Shown piece after piece: positions 14,600 to 26,117 of a stretch of 42,987 nucleotides of DNA (the first letter of the stretch is position 1; each line of letters opens with the position of its first letter). The translations under genes were made by a program, and so were the position numbers. The DNA is from Nemertoderma westbladi (lineage: Eukaryota > Animalia > Xenacoelomorpha): contig JAUCBJ010002533.1 of the NCBI GenBank assembly GCA_032718475.1, positions 1-42,987 on the forward strand. The letters run 5' to 3'. The notes under the pieces are model-generated. The model worked only from the letters and a program-made list of their open reading frames with translations. It was not told the DNA's origin and searched no databases.

Positions 14600-15850
14600 A
14601 TGCGGTGACTCCTGTGTCTGATTTGCAAAAAAACACGATCTTTATACGGTCGGCCATAGTTGACCTTGATCAAATGTATCCAATAAAATTTCTGAATATC
14701 CAAAAGTTGCTCCTTCCTCCAAGCCATCATATTATGAAAAAATTTAGGGGTCAAGCCTTTCGAAAAATATTTCGAAAAAACTGCAATATATGATCTTTCA
14801 TGATCAGGGCCTGATCAGGCAGTTCTAATGTATCAAGCCACAGTGGAAAGTGTACTTTTATAAGGGGGTGAGACCTGGACACTGACGAAATCACTCGAAA
14901 AGTTAATTTATGTTTGCTACACAAGCTACTAAGGGGGCAGCCCTAAAGATCAGCTGGAGACAACACATGGAAAATGCTGAGCTCTAAGGTACTACAGTAT
15001 ACCACCTGTATCAACCACCCTCCATGAATGCAGATTACGATTCAGTGGTCACTGCTGGCGAAGTAAAGACGAGGTCATACCAGATCTACTTTTCTGGCAA
15101 CCAACTCATGGAAAGCGTAGTCGTGGACGACCGGCCATAACATATATAGATCAACTTGAAAGAGATACTGAACTTAGGAGAAACGAAATTACGACAACTA
15201 TGGAGAATCTGGAAGCCTGGAAGGATCTCATTTCCACTGTCTGCGTTCGCTCGACCTAGTAGTAATGTATCAAATGGAATTTCTTCTATATGGGAGGTAC
15301 TCCTAAGATTGCTCAACCGAAATCTAAAATCTAATTGAGGGCCTTTCATTCTCGAGATATTCGAGTTACCATAACCTGATGTTTCGATCTTTTATGCAAT
15401 CTTCGGGAGAACTTTTGATTCATTATTTTTTATTTTATTTGATCTACCCCCACTATTTCCATGGGGCGGAACATTTGTGTAATACTTCATTTTTCCATTG
15501 AGCTGAGGCCATTTCTTCTGTGTCCGATCTTAAATCATAACTGATCGTTGAAGATTACAATCGGCACACAGATCGCCAATTCTATTACACTTTTAAATAG
15601 AAAACCCCTTATTTCGCATCTAATAGGAAAGTTTAAAAAAATTGAGCATTTTCGAGATCTCACTATATGAGAAATATGGTCATTTTTGCCCCATACTGAA
15701 GATCAGTTTTGGCCATGAATAATTAAATTTTTTCGATTTTTTTTACCTACCCCCAATATCTATGGTGATGAACATTTTTGCTGTGTTACACTTTTCGATA
15801 CAGTGACTCCTTCTGCGTCCGATTGGCAAAAATACACGATCATTGACCAT
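14600..15850. repeat. Dispersed imperfect internal repeats, possibly an old non-autonomous DNA element
   Basis: GTGACTCC..GATT.GCAAAAA..CACGATC occurs at ~14605 and ~15803, and CTACCCCCA.TAT...ATGG...AACATTT at ~15444 and ~15748. No termini identified. Confidence 0.35.
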
Positions 15851-15919
15851 GATTAAATGTTTAACATAATGTGGGGGGTGTTTAATCAATCAGATATTAA
15901 TTAAACACCTTGCTGAGAC

Positions 15920-17365
15920 CCCTGTGTCAATGGAGTGGGTGTGCGGGAGCGGAATGAGACCATGGAGGAATATCTGTTTCAATGACGGAGTGGGTGTGAG
16001 TGGGTGGAATAAGACCATGGAGGAGTCTCGGTTTCGGAGACAGAGTTGGTGTGCAGGGGCGGAAAGAGACCATGGATGAGTCTCGGTTTCAGAGATGGAG
16101 CAGGGTGTGCGGGGGCGGAAGGGGACCATGGGAGAGTCTCGGTTTTGGAGACAGAGTGCGTGTGCGGGGGCAGATGGAGACCATGGGGATGAGTTTCAGA
16201 GATGGAGTGGGTGTGCAGGGGTGGAATGAGACCATGGGGGAGTCTCGGTTTCGGAGACAGAGTTGGTGTGCTGGGGTGGAAGGAGACCATGGAGGAGACT
16301 CGGATTTGGAGACAGAACAGGGTGTGCGGCGGTGGAAGGAGACCATGGAGGAGTCTCGGTTTCAGAGATGAAGAGGGGTGTGCTGGGGCGGAAGGAGACT
16401 ATGGAGGAGTCTCGATTTCGGAGATGGAGTGGGTGTGTGGGGGTGGAAAGAGACCATGGGAGAGTCTCGGTTTTGGAGATAGAGTGGGTGTGCGGGGGGG
16501 GGGGGGGCAGAAGGAGACCATGGAGTTTCGGAGATGGGGTTTGTGTGCAGGGGCGGAATGAGACCATGGAGGAGTCTCGTTTTCGGAGACGGAGTGGGTG
16601 TGCGGGGGAAGAATGAGACCATGGAGGAGTCTCGGTTTGGGAGATGGAGTGGGGTGGAAGGAGACCATGGAGGAGTCTCGGTTTTGGAGATAGAGTGGGT
16701 GTGCAGGGGCGGAAGGAGACCATGGGGGAGTCGCGGTTTTGGAGACAGAGTGGGTGTGCGGGGGCAGAAGGAGACCATGGAGGAGTGTCAGAGATGGAGT
16801 GGGTGTGCAGGGGCGGAATGAGACCATGGAGGAGTCTCGGTTTCGGAGACAGAGTTGGTGTGCTGGGGTGGAAGGAGACCATGGTGGAGTCGCGGATTCG
16901 GAGACGGAACAGGGTGTGCGGGGGTGGTGGAAGGAGACCATGGAGGAGTCTCGGTTTCAGAGATGAAGCGGGGTGTGCTGGGGCGGAAGGAGACCATGGA
17001 TGAGTCTCGGTTTCGGAGATGGAGTGGGTGTGTGGGGGTGGAAAGAGACCATGGGAGAGTCTCGTTTTCAGAGACGGAGTGGGTGTGCGGGGGCATAATG
17101 AGACCATGGAGGAGTCTCGGTTTTGGAGACGGAGTGGGTGTGCATGGGCAGAAAGGAGACCATGGAGGAGTCTCGGTTTCGGAGACACAGTGGGTGTGCG
17201 GGGGCAGAAGGAGACCATGGAGGAGTCTCAGTTTCGGAGACGGAGCGGGGGTGGAAGGAGATCATGGAGGAGTCTCGGTTTCAGAGATGGAGCGGGTGTG
17301 CGGGGGCAGACGGATACCATGGAGGAGTCTCGGTTTCGGAGATGGAGTGGGTTTGCGGGGTCTTG
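15920..17365. repeat. G-rich minisatellite, ~55-bp unit (GAGACCATGGAGGAGTCTCGGTTTCGGAGATGGAGTGGGTGTGCGGGGGCGGAA), ~26 copies
   Basis: Directly visible. It explains the many overlapping ORFs on both strands here. Confidence 0.97.
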
Positions 17366-18145
17366 ACACTGAAATGTATTCGGGCTTCAAAATTATAGGG
17401 TATAGGAACTAATTAATTCTAGGCTATACTCCTTAATGGATTGATTAATTATCATTTTAATCGATTGTATAATTGTGACTATATATTATATTGATGCAAT
17501 TTGAAAAAAATATTTAATGATATTATTACTAGTTCTTTAAATTTCAAAATTACAAATTTTCATCGTTTTTAACATTGTCTTTTCTTAACAACATTCCATA
17601 CTGATCGGAGACACCGTTCCAGGAGCTTACTTATATCTTGACCTCACCAGATGTGCAGATCCCGCTGCAGCAGCAGTGCTCATATAGCACAACTCTCTCT
17701 GATTGGTGCCTGCATTCCACTACTTACTTGCACTACTTTACAACATATGGAGCCACCGGGAAGTCTATACCACTGATTGCGCAGGAATGTTGCTCATCTC
17801 CATTGCCCCGTTAGAATGTGTGGGGAGCTTCCAGGCCCTTCCATGTCACCACCAAATACCTTCTTCATCAATCCATTAGGATCCTCATTATGGGGGTTCC
17901 ATTCAGTTCATGTCTGCCACTGTGACCCTAACCCCTGTCTTCTCTCCGAGACCCTTTTCAGTCATTTGTAGTACTGCATGGTGAATGTTGTCATCCTGTA
18001 TTTATATGTGCCGTCTCTTCACTCTGAGGTGTTACTGTGGAGGGTGATTGGTTGTGATGACCTAGGGCTGGAGCACTGGAGAGGCTTCTTTGGGTCCACT
18101 CGATTGCTTGCCTTTGGATGGCTCTTGGATATTATGTACTTGCCT

Positions 18146-18295
18146 GGATGACTTGCAAATAAAAGAAGCCCCTTTTGAGAGGTCCTGACAAAATGTCATT
18201 TTAACAAGGCCCTGACAGGAACCATGGTACCTGCTAGAGCAACAATTGCATGTTGCTGTCCACTTGTGACCATACAGTAGCAGGCAAGAGTGGCA
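18146..18295 (-). other. PHD-type zinc finger remnant
   Basis: CHSC-x11-CNCC-x4-H-x2-C-x17-FICKSS fits C4-H-C3 spacing. The last Cys position is TCC, one substitution from TGC. Confidence 0.7.
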
Positions 18296-18477
18296 TTTTA
18301 AGACTGATGTAACACTGTTGGGTACAGGGCTCTGCTTTTCCAAGATTGGGGCCATAGAGAACTGATACTCCGCTTCTGCGGAGTCCTGTACACAAGAGGT
18401 GGAGGTCGCCGCGAGCTGTGATTCTGGAATGGGGCTCATAGCATTTGCTATAACTAACAAAAAAAGATAGTCTGAAT

Positions 18478-19878
18478 TTGTTTATATTGGGTAAAGGTAC
18501 AATTACAAATCCGGACAATTACCGCGGGATTGCTCTCCTTTGCGTTCTACTTAAAATCCTGACGTCAACGATAAACAAAAGAATTCGCCGTGCTTTGTCT
18601 GGTTTCATTCCGATAGAACAGTTTGGTTTTACTGCGGGAAGGTCCACTAAACAAGCAATATCTCAGCTTCTTCGCGATATTTCGGCGGCTTTTTCTTCAA
18701 CGACGAGAGAAAATAGAACAACATACGCATTATTTGTAGATTTTAGAAAGGCCTTCGACCTCCTTAGCAGAAAGGTTTTACTTAATAAGTTGTATAATTC
18801 TGGTGTTCGTGGGAAAACATACAATCTCATCAAGGACTTATTGTGCAATTATTTCCGTGTCAACGACGGCCTACGATTCTCGAATTTTATTAGACAGCTC
18901 GCAGGCGTTTTACAGGGAGACTGTCTCAGTCCCACCTGCTTCATTATATTTATCGCAGATCTCGCAGTTGCTCTTAGGAATGCGGCTTCTCTGCTAAAGT
19001 TCATATTCTATGCCGATGATTTAGTTATTTATTCTAGAAACAAAAAGGATATCCAATCAGCTCTCGATGTCATATTCGCTTGGTGCAACTCAAATGGAAT
19101 GGAAGTGAATCTACTGAAAACTAAGATCGTGAAGTTCCGTAAAGGTGGACGCTTTAGTAAGGACGACACTTTTATATATGGAAATAATAATGTTAAATTG
19201 GTGAACAACTATGAATATCTTGGAATAACACTTCAGCCTTCCTTATCTTTCTCTACACACATAAAGCTAAAGAAAATGAAAGCGTTCGGAGTTATTGGCT
19301 CACTTCAACACATGCGATTATTATCTACAGAAACTGCGATTGAAATATTTAATATGAAAATATACCCTCTAGTAACATATTCCTTTACAGAAATCGGCCC
19401 ATATTTCACACTCACCCATCTGAAAGAAATTGATAAAATTAAATCAGCTTTCGTCAAATCAATGCTCGCACTTCATAAATCTGCTTCATCAACAATGGCT
19501 CTCAAACTTATCGCACAGAAAACTTTCATCGAATCAATTCTAGAACGTAATCCCAACACATTCAATCGCGATATTATATCAACATACAGGATACACCGGG
19601 CTGACCGAGAATCAAATTTCATCAATGAAGGATATTCAAACGGACCAGCTTTTAAATCAGATATATGGAAACGCCCCCATCAGACTAACAGACACGTAAT
19701 TACTCGAGCTACTTCCCACGGATTCCATTTTAAAATATGTCTGAACCCAACACCATTTCATCCTCTTTCAAGGGAATGTCTATGTCGATTCTGTGACTTA
19801 CGCTGCTTTGACCGATATCACTGCCTTGTCTGTCCCCAATGCCCTCGGTTGTCTATTCTTGCGTCTAACTCTAAATAA
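18478..19878 (+). CDS. Reverse transcriptase ORF, 5'-truncated, with C-terminal Cys/His finger (the first ~4 codons come from the target site)
   Basis: Uninterrupted frame with NYRGIALL, EQFGF..GRST, FVDFRKAFD, GVLQGDCLSP, YADDL and YEYLG, ending in CRFC..RYHCLVCP. Confidence 0.9.
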   Translation: MFILGKGTITNPDNYRGIALLCVLLKILTSTINKRIRRALSGFIPIEQFGFTAGRSTKQAISQLLRDISAAFSSTTRENRTTYALFVDFRKAFDLLSRKVLLNKLYNSGVRGKTYNLIKDLLCNYFRVNDGLRFSNFIRQLAGVLQGDCLSPTCFIIFIADLAVALRNAASLLKFIFYADDLVIYSRNKKDIQSALDVIFAWCNSNGMEVNLLKTKIVKFRKGGRFSKDDTFIYGNNNVKLVNNYEYLGITLQPSLSFSTHIKLKKMKAFGVIGSLQHMRLLSTETAIEIFNMKIYPLVTYSFTEIGPYFTLTHLKEIDKIKSAFVKSMLALHKSASSTMALKLIAQKTFIESILERNPNTFNRDIISTYRIHRADRESNFINEGYSNGPAFKSDIWKRPHQTNRHVITRATSHGFHFKICLNPTPFHPLSRECLCRFCDLRCFDRYHCLVCPQCPRLSILASNSK

Positions 19879-20019
19879 TTATTTACATAATATTAGTACT
19901 GTACCTATCTACTTTTACGGTTTCGAATGTTGTGCTATAATAATTATAACTTATATATATTGAAATAATTATACTGACTCTTACCCTGCCTGGGGTGTAA
20001 TGATTAAAAAAAAAAAAAA
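18491..20019 (+). mobile_element. Young 5'-truncated non-LTR retrotransposon with poly-A tail (clade uncertain, RTEX/Proto2/L1-like)
   Basis: A perfect TSD (A)ATTTGTTTATATTGG lies at 18475-18490 and 20020-20035, and a poly-A tract ends at ~20020. Confidence 0.93.
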
Positions 20020-20394
20020 AATTTGTTTATATTGGAGTCATTAATACTTGGATAATGCGCTTCAGGGTACTGATGAAAATTAATTTGCTGTCATTCAATT
20101 GACTTGATGAAAACAGTGGGCATGGTTATCTTGTGTCTATTCGCCTCACGGACTACCCACTTAGACATGTTTTCGATGATTTGTTGGTTAGAACCACCAA
20201 GTGAGTCAAGGTACTGAGTAGTGCAACATGGGGGGAAGAAGACGGGTATTACCCAGTGATTATTGTTGAAATTGGTTAGTAAGAAGAAATATTCATATTA
20301 TTTCTTTGAAGTCTTTGAAAGAGGATACAAATTAGTCGTAGATGGACTTCTAATGACATATTCTCCTCAATTCAAAATTAATCTTCTAAACGAA

Positions 20395-20515
20395 ATATAT
20401 ATTATTCCCAACCAATATCAACAATAATCTCTGGGAATTAGCCACATCTTGTGACAAGTTTCTTCCCCCCATGTTGCACTAGTTAGTACATTGACTCACT
20501 TGATGGCTCAAACAT
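20395..20515 (+). pseudogene. Diverged inverted duplicate of the Ulp1 His-Asp segment
   Basis: It reads KYILFPTNINNNLW..FFPPCCTS*YIDSLDGSN, and its reverse complement aligns with 20190-20295. Confidence 0.75.
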
Positions 20516-21419
20516 TCCATTGGATTAGAATTACTTGAAATTGCGTGGGGCCTGCTGCCCAAAGAATCAGTGTAAACCAAACTATTTGCATCACAAAGGC
20601 TCTCGTAGTTATCATATCTGCTATCCATCAGACAAAAATAGTATGAAACGTAGTTTTGTTGTAGAATGAACAAAATAAATAAATGAAATAGAATGTGAGA
20701 GAGTCGATTTACAGTTAACTAATGCCCTTTGTCCCACAAATTTCCTTGAATCACTTGTTTAGAAAAAAGAAGCAATATTATGTGTAACTTTATATAAATC
20801 TGAGAGAAATATTGTACCTATATTTTTGGCCCAGTCTATTGTCAATAAACTAACTAATATTAGCAATTATTTAATTTCAATTATATCACTTCATCGGGTA
20901 TGGCAGTCGAATGAAATAAAAAATAATAAAGAATAATAAAATAAACTAACTTTTATTCTTTCACCTTACTTTCTTCTTCGTTATGCACTATTATTGATTA
21001 CCTGCCGGTTTCAGGTTCGCCAAAATATAGTTTATTCCCGCTGAACAGGGGAAACATAATGAATCTGATAAAACTAGAGACAACTACCTGGTTTAATCCT
21101 GGCGATGGGAATTCATATCCTAAATTAATCTTTTTAAGTGGTCGCTTAAGGCAGAAACCATAACTATGGAAACTTGTTGGGTTATCAGTATCCCTTCCAA
21201 TCCCCTCCGAGGAGGGTATTTACAAACAAATCCAATGCAATTATCGATTAAAATATCCCCCCCTCCTCCCCCCCCTTAATGTATCTACAAGTACTGATAC
21301 TGAACTTCCTTGAATTAAGAATGGCGGGACTTATAATCAAAATACCGATTAGTCTGCTGTTCCTACATTCATATATATGAATAAAAACGTAAATGTGTAA
21401 TAATAATGTACACCATGTC

Positions 21420-23497
21420 CCGAAGTATAGTTTCTTTTTCTAATGTCACGGCTCCTCCCGTTAGAATGTAGCAGAGGCACCCACGAGTTGACTTGCCATA
21501 GTTTTCTCTCCATCATAGCCTTGGCCAACACATATATTGAAAATGCAAGGCCCATAGGAAATCTTTGCGTAGCAGGGTTTCACAGATGGCAACACCAGTT
21601 ATGTAAAACGACCTCACCAATTTCACCACTACCACCTGGGAATTTTAATTTAATAATAGACATATCAATGAGAATGATTGTGCTTGTTGTGGATCTTCCC
21701 CAAGCCAAATGGAGGTCCATTTATGGAATGGAAAAATAACGGTATACTAAAATACGGAAAGATACTGTATATTGAAACTCAAGTTGACACTGTTCAGAAT
21801 ACATTCTTTAACAACTACTACATATTACGTACTGCACAAACTGTGAGGTCAACATATGGTTAGCCTATACGCGGATTTATTTCATAAACAAACATTATAT
21901 ACTTAGTGTGTTGGCTAATCAATTCAAACAATGTATTTCAATTTACTACGTATTGGTTTCATTATTACAGATCACATTACATAACACTCCCCCTTTTGCT
22001 TTGGTTACATAACAGTGCTTACTGAAATATAAATAAATTACAGTAAATATAATATAAATACTATATATTGGTAAAATTATAATATAAGTTTAAATAATAA
22101 AGTAAATATAAATAGTATTAAATTTCATTAACAAAAAGTTACAAAAAGTTACAAAAAGTTATCTGACAGTCTGATACTTTTATGGAGAATTACTATGTAG
22201 ACAAAAACACACAAAAACTAAAAGCGCTATTGATAAGCAGTTTTCAGATTTGTAGCTCCATTTAATCGTGCATTATATTTAATCATAAAAAATTCGCAAT
22301 ATTTTTAACCAAAATAGTGTACCTCCCTCTCCCCCGCAATGCCTTTTTTATGGAAGGAGTTATAATAATGTTCTATTTAAAAATTAAATTAAATGCTTAC
22401 TATACATTATAAGATATTCAATACAGCTGTTTTATTTCTGTATTTTACAAATAAAAATTGAAATTCCATACCTTCCGCCTTAATGTCATCCAATATGTAT
22501 ATTATTCCAAACGGATTTTCATAGCATTGCCAAGCACCTGACGAATCTGGTAGCACGTAACGTTCCCCTCTGTTGGTCCAGTGTTTCATCAGCAATGATG
22601 GACCAACAACACCTAGCTTTCTTGATTCGGTTGATGACGGTGTCTGTCACTAACTCCAAAGTTGCAGATCTTAGTGCATTTTGTATAACAGCGGATTGGT
22701 AAGTTGCATTACCTTTAGCAGTCGATGTTCTTTTAAAGCGGAATCACCACACCTCTTATCCCTCTTATATGTCAATATGGTGTCCGCTATTGGTCCAAGG
22801 AACTCTCTGTTCTGTTGGACCTCTTTCGTATGTACAGCATCCAGTTTGGAACGCGTATATCCTGAGGTTCTAATGCTAGATAAGCTCTCTGAAAAGTCTT
22901 GCATGGCAATGACGATATTGTTATGGTAGGTGTACTTTTGGCTTGGTGACTTGAGAGTGCACCATCCTTTCCGGTTTAAGTCAACGAACCTACTCAGTGG
23001 TTTCGTTACTAAATTACCAGGCAGTTGTCCACGACCCTCTGATTGACCACCCATGCCACCAGCTGATGTAAATTGTACACAAGGGCTGCAAAATGCACCC
23101 TCCCGGCCGCGCACCTTACTTACTGCCAGCCATGGAAAAGCATCATGATGGTGTGGAAGCGTCGACGCTCAACTGCTGAGTTCACGTGTCTAGATGATGC
23201 AAAGTCTGCTTCATCCGATGGAGTCCATGGCTTCAAAAATTGTGCCTGATCCTCTGCAGTAAGTGAACGGCCAACAGCATGGCAGATGTCATTGGTAGCT
23301 GCAAGTTCAACCATGTATGCTTGAACATTCCCAGGTTCCAAATCTACATTTGCTGACAAGGTACAGGCCGTAGCACTTGGAGTACTAGTTTCACATTCTT
23401 TAATACCGGTTTCAAAGTCTATCGCACTAGCTGAATAATCAACACGAGTGCGATTTGATGGCGTAAAAATGTCAGTAATTTCTTTTCTTTTAGACAT
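21420..23497 (-). pseudogene. Decayed hAT-superfamily transposase (ZnF-TTF/DUF4371, THAP12/ZMYM1-like)
   Basis: Motifs LKPWTP..RRF, GAFCSPCV.F, NRE.L..I, WSIIADETLD (~22600-22575), RYV and CVGQGYDG..M (~21530-21495) occur in order, with several frameshifts. Confidence 0.8.
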
Positions 23498-25059
23498 TGG
23501 TATTTGAGTATACTACAAGTTTACTGTAATCTATTCAATTTTTTGGATACTACCGTAAATGCCAATGCCTGTATCACCACTTTTTCTAGGCCTATAGTTA
23601 CTTGAATACCGGGAAAAGTAACTCCAGGAATACATTATTCATATTACTTTTTTCCCGGCGTAAAAAAAACGAGAAATAAAAAAAATTATATAATGTGAAA
23701 ATAGTTTTAGTAGAATTTCGTAAATTTAATTTCATGAATCGAAGTAGAAAGTATTTGGACGTAATCTGTGCAAAATCCATCCACACATACTCAAAAACTA
23801 CTACTACTGTAGCAATGATTAGTGTCTGCGCTCTGTGTACAGTACATACATAAACATAATGTGGAACAAAAACAAAATTCAATTAAAATACAATAATGTA
23901 ATAATTCAAAAATCAAACAACGAAAATAGTAACAGGCCAATACAATAACCTTACAAAGAGGTGATCTCAGGATTGAGGCAGCCAGTCAGACAGGTAATCA
24001 TTTACAGTGGTATTGCTATTCTTTCAGAAACTTTATTTTTGTCTTGTCTTATTCATCAAAGATTAAGACAAATAAATAATAAATAAATAAATAATAATAA
24101 ATCAAATTGAATCAAATCATCAAATTAAATGTGAACGTGTAACTCTAAACACGAGGGCAACATGAAGGATTCTCATCTAGGCATCGTACTGTACCTGTTG
24201 AGATATAATGGAAGGAGGGGAAAACACCGCTCCGTGTAATGACGAAAACATTCATTATCGACCAAACCTTTTTCTTTACTTCCCAGGCGGAACACCATAA
24301 AAAAAATTATAAATTACGAAATCTTCAATTGACAAGTGAATTTTTACGGAAAATTTATTGAAAACCAGGTATATTTTTTATGGGCGTTGTTCTTGGAGTT
24401 AATTACTTTTAAGACTCAAGTCCCTGTGAAATTACTAGGAGCAGGCTTCTCGTCAATATATTTAATGCAATGTGTGGTATTTATGGTACATTAATATCAT
24501 CATCTACATTCAATAGAACAGGCAAAGTGGAACTGCAGGTTATACTGATGCTGTGTAGATAAAATTGATTAAAAGCTCTCACTTCCCATAAAATCTTCAA
24601 AGATTATTGTCGACCTGGCATCAGGTTGCATTTCCGGATATTAGCATAATTAATAATGCGTAAGAAAAGTAAAAATGAATATTATTTCTTGCGAAGCAGC
24701 TTTGTATCCCTCTAGGAAAAATGTCCAGATCCATATAGGCCAGCAATAGAATATATTACAGTTAAACTGGTACTAACATATATGTGCATTATTTTATAAT
24801 GCATTCTTCATTTCCCATGCGCAGCCAGTAGGAACCTATACATTAATGTATTTACCTGAAGGAGCGTATCAAAAAAAAACCATTAAATACAATATACATA
24901 TACTATACATTAAATATCGCCCTTCTTGGTTTTCGACAAGTTAATTGTATCTTCTGTAGTACTGTACTTTAAAATTAGGGTGACGACTTTACATCTAGAG
25001 TGTGATCTCACTTAGGGTAATAAATTAAAAATTAATTTGGATAGTAATTAAGTCATATC

Positions 25060-25365
25060 TGAACCTATCTGGACCCAATATCGAGAATTATACCAAATCT
25101 GAACCCAATCTGAACCCAATCTCGAGAATTATACCAAATCTGAACCCAATCTCGAGAATTATACCAAATCTGAACCCAATCTGGACCCAATCTCGAGAAT
25201 TATACCAAATCTGAACCCAATCTCGAGAATTATACCAAATCTGAACCCAATCTGAACCCAATCTCGAGAATTATACCAAATCTGAACCCAATCTCGAGAA
25301 TTATACCAAATCTGAACCCAATCTGGACCCAATCTCGAGAATTATACCAAATCTGAACCCAATCT
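25060..25365. repeat. Tandem repeat with alternating 41/30-bp units (CTCGAGAATTATACCAAATCTGAACCCAAT), 8 copies
   Basis: (C)TCGAG starts at 25080, 25121, 25151, 25192, 25222, 25263, 25293 and 25334. Confidence 0.95.
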
Positions 25366-26117
25366 GAATCTAAAATAGAAAGAGGGGTGAAAATTATTAA
25401 TTTTTGCATTTACAATTGTGAAATTTGAAGAAATTTCACGTATCTTTTTTCATATTTAAATTTGCGGGCAGCCGCAGCACTACTGCTGTATTGGGGACTG
25501 CAGTTACTAGGCCTACTGTATTGTACTGCTGTGCAGTCGTTAACGTTATAGGAGCTAACCTCTACCGGTAGGCGGTATCCCAACTGACATCTACAGAACT
25601 ACAGCTGTAGGCCTACGGTTCTCGGAGCAGTTTGGTTTCGGTCTAACGTTGGGTAGGCCTAGACCTACGGTAGGTTACTAGTGCCTGGTACCGTATGTAT
25701 GTATGTAGAAACATCTGGACAGATGTAGCGTAGGGACCGGTACCAGGCACTAGTAACCTACCGTAGGCCTACCCAACGTTAGACCGAAGCGAAACCAAAC
25801 TGCTACGAGAACCATACAGAGGTAGTTCTGTAGTTGTCAGTTGGGATACCGCCTACCAGTAGAGGTTAGTAGAGGCTATAACGTTAACTACTGCACAGCA
25901 GTACAATACAGTACAGTACGCCTAGTAACTGCAGTCCCCAATACAGCAGTAGTGCTGCGGCTGCCCTCAAATTTAAATATGAAAAAGATATGTAATATTT
26001 CTTCAATAATTTCTAAATTGTTAATGCAAAAATTAATAATTTTCACCCCTCTTTCTAAATTTTCGATTCAGATTGGGTTCAGATTTGGTATAATTCTCGA
26101 GATTGGGTCCAGATTGG
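25318..26117. mobile_element. Foldback / long inverted repeat (arms ~375 bp, loop ~45 nt), MITE-like
   Basis: 25318-25693 is an imperfect reverse complement of 25738-26117 (e.g. GGGCAGCCGCAGCACTACTGCTGTATTGGGGACTGCAG vs CTGCAGTCCCCAATACAGCAGTAGTGCTGCGGCTGCCC). Confidence 0.9.

Larger units (their letters stand above)
17600..20300 (-). mobile_element. Decayed second CRE-like element (Ulp1 - PHD finger - pre-RT region), split by the LINE at 18491-20019
   Basis: Manual minus-strand translation gives NNNHWVIPVFFPPCCTTQYLDSLGGSN..KW..QQINFHQ (20290-20070), INDSNINKFRL across the insertion site, a PHD finger, then WYRLPGG..SERVV..LLQRD..DISKLLERCL..W (17790-17615). The last segment resembles the region preceding the RT in one CRE subfamily (from memory). 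Confidence 0.65.

Noticed and set aside
15890-17412. Many long overlapping ORFs, up to 340 aa
   Set aside because: They are artefacts of a stop-poor minisatellite whose unit length varies, so the frame shifts between units.
20069-22592. Other CTGATGA hammerhead-core matches (~20070 +, ~22590 -)
   Set aside because: Neither has a stem II followed by GAAA, and both fall inside transposon coding remnants.
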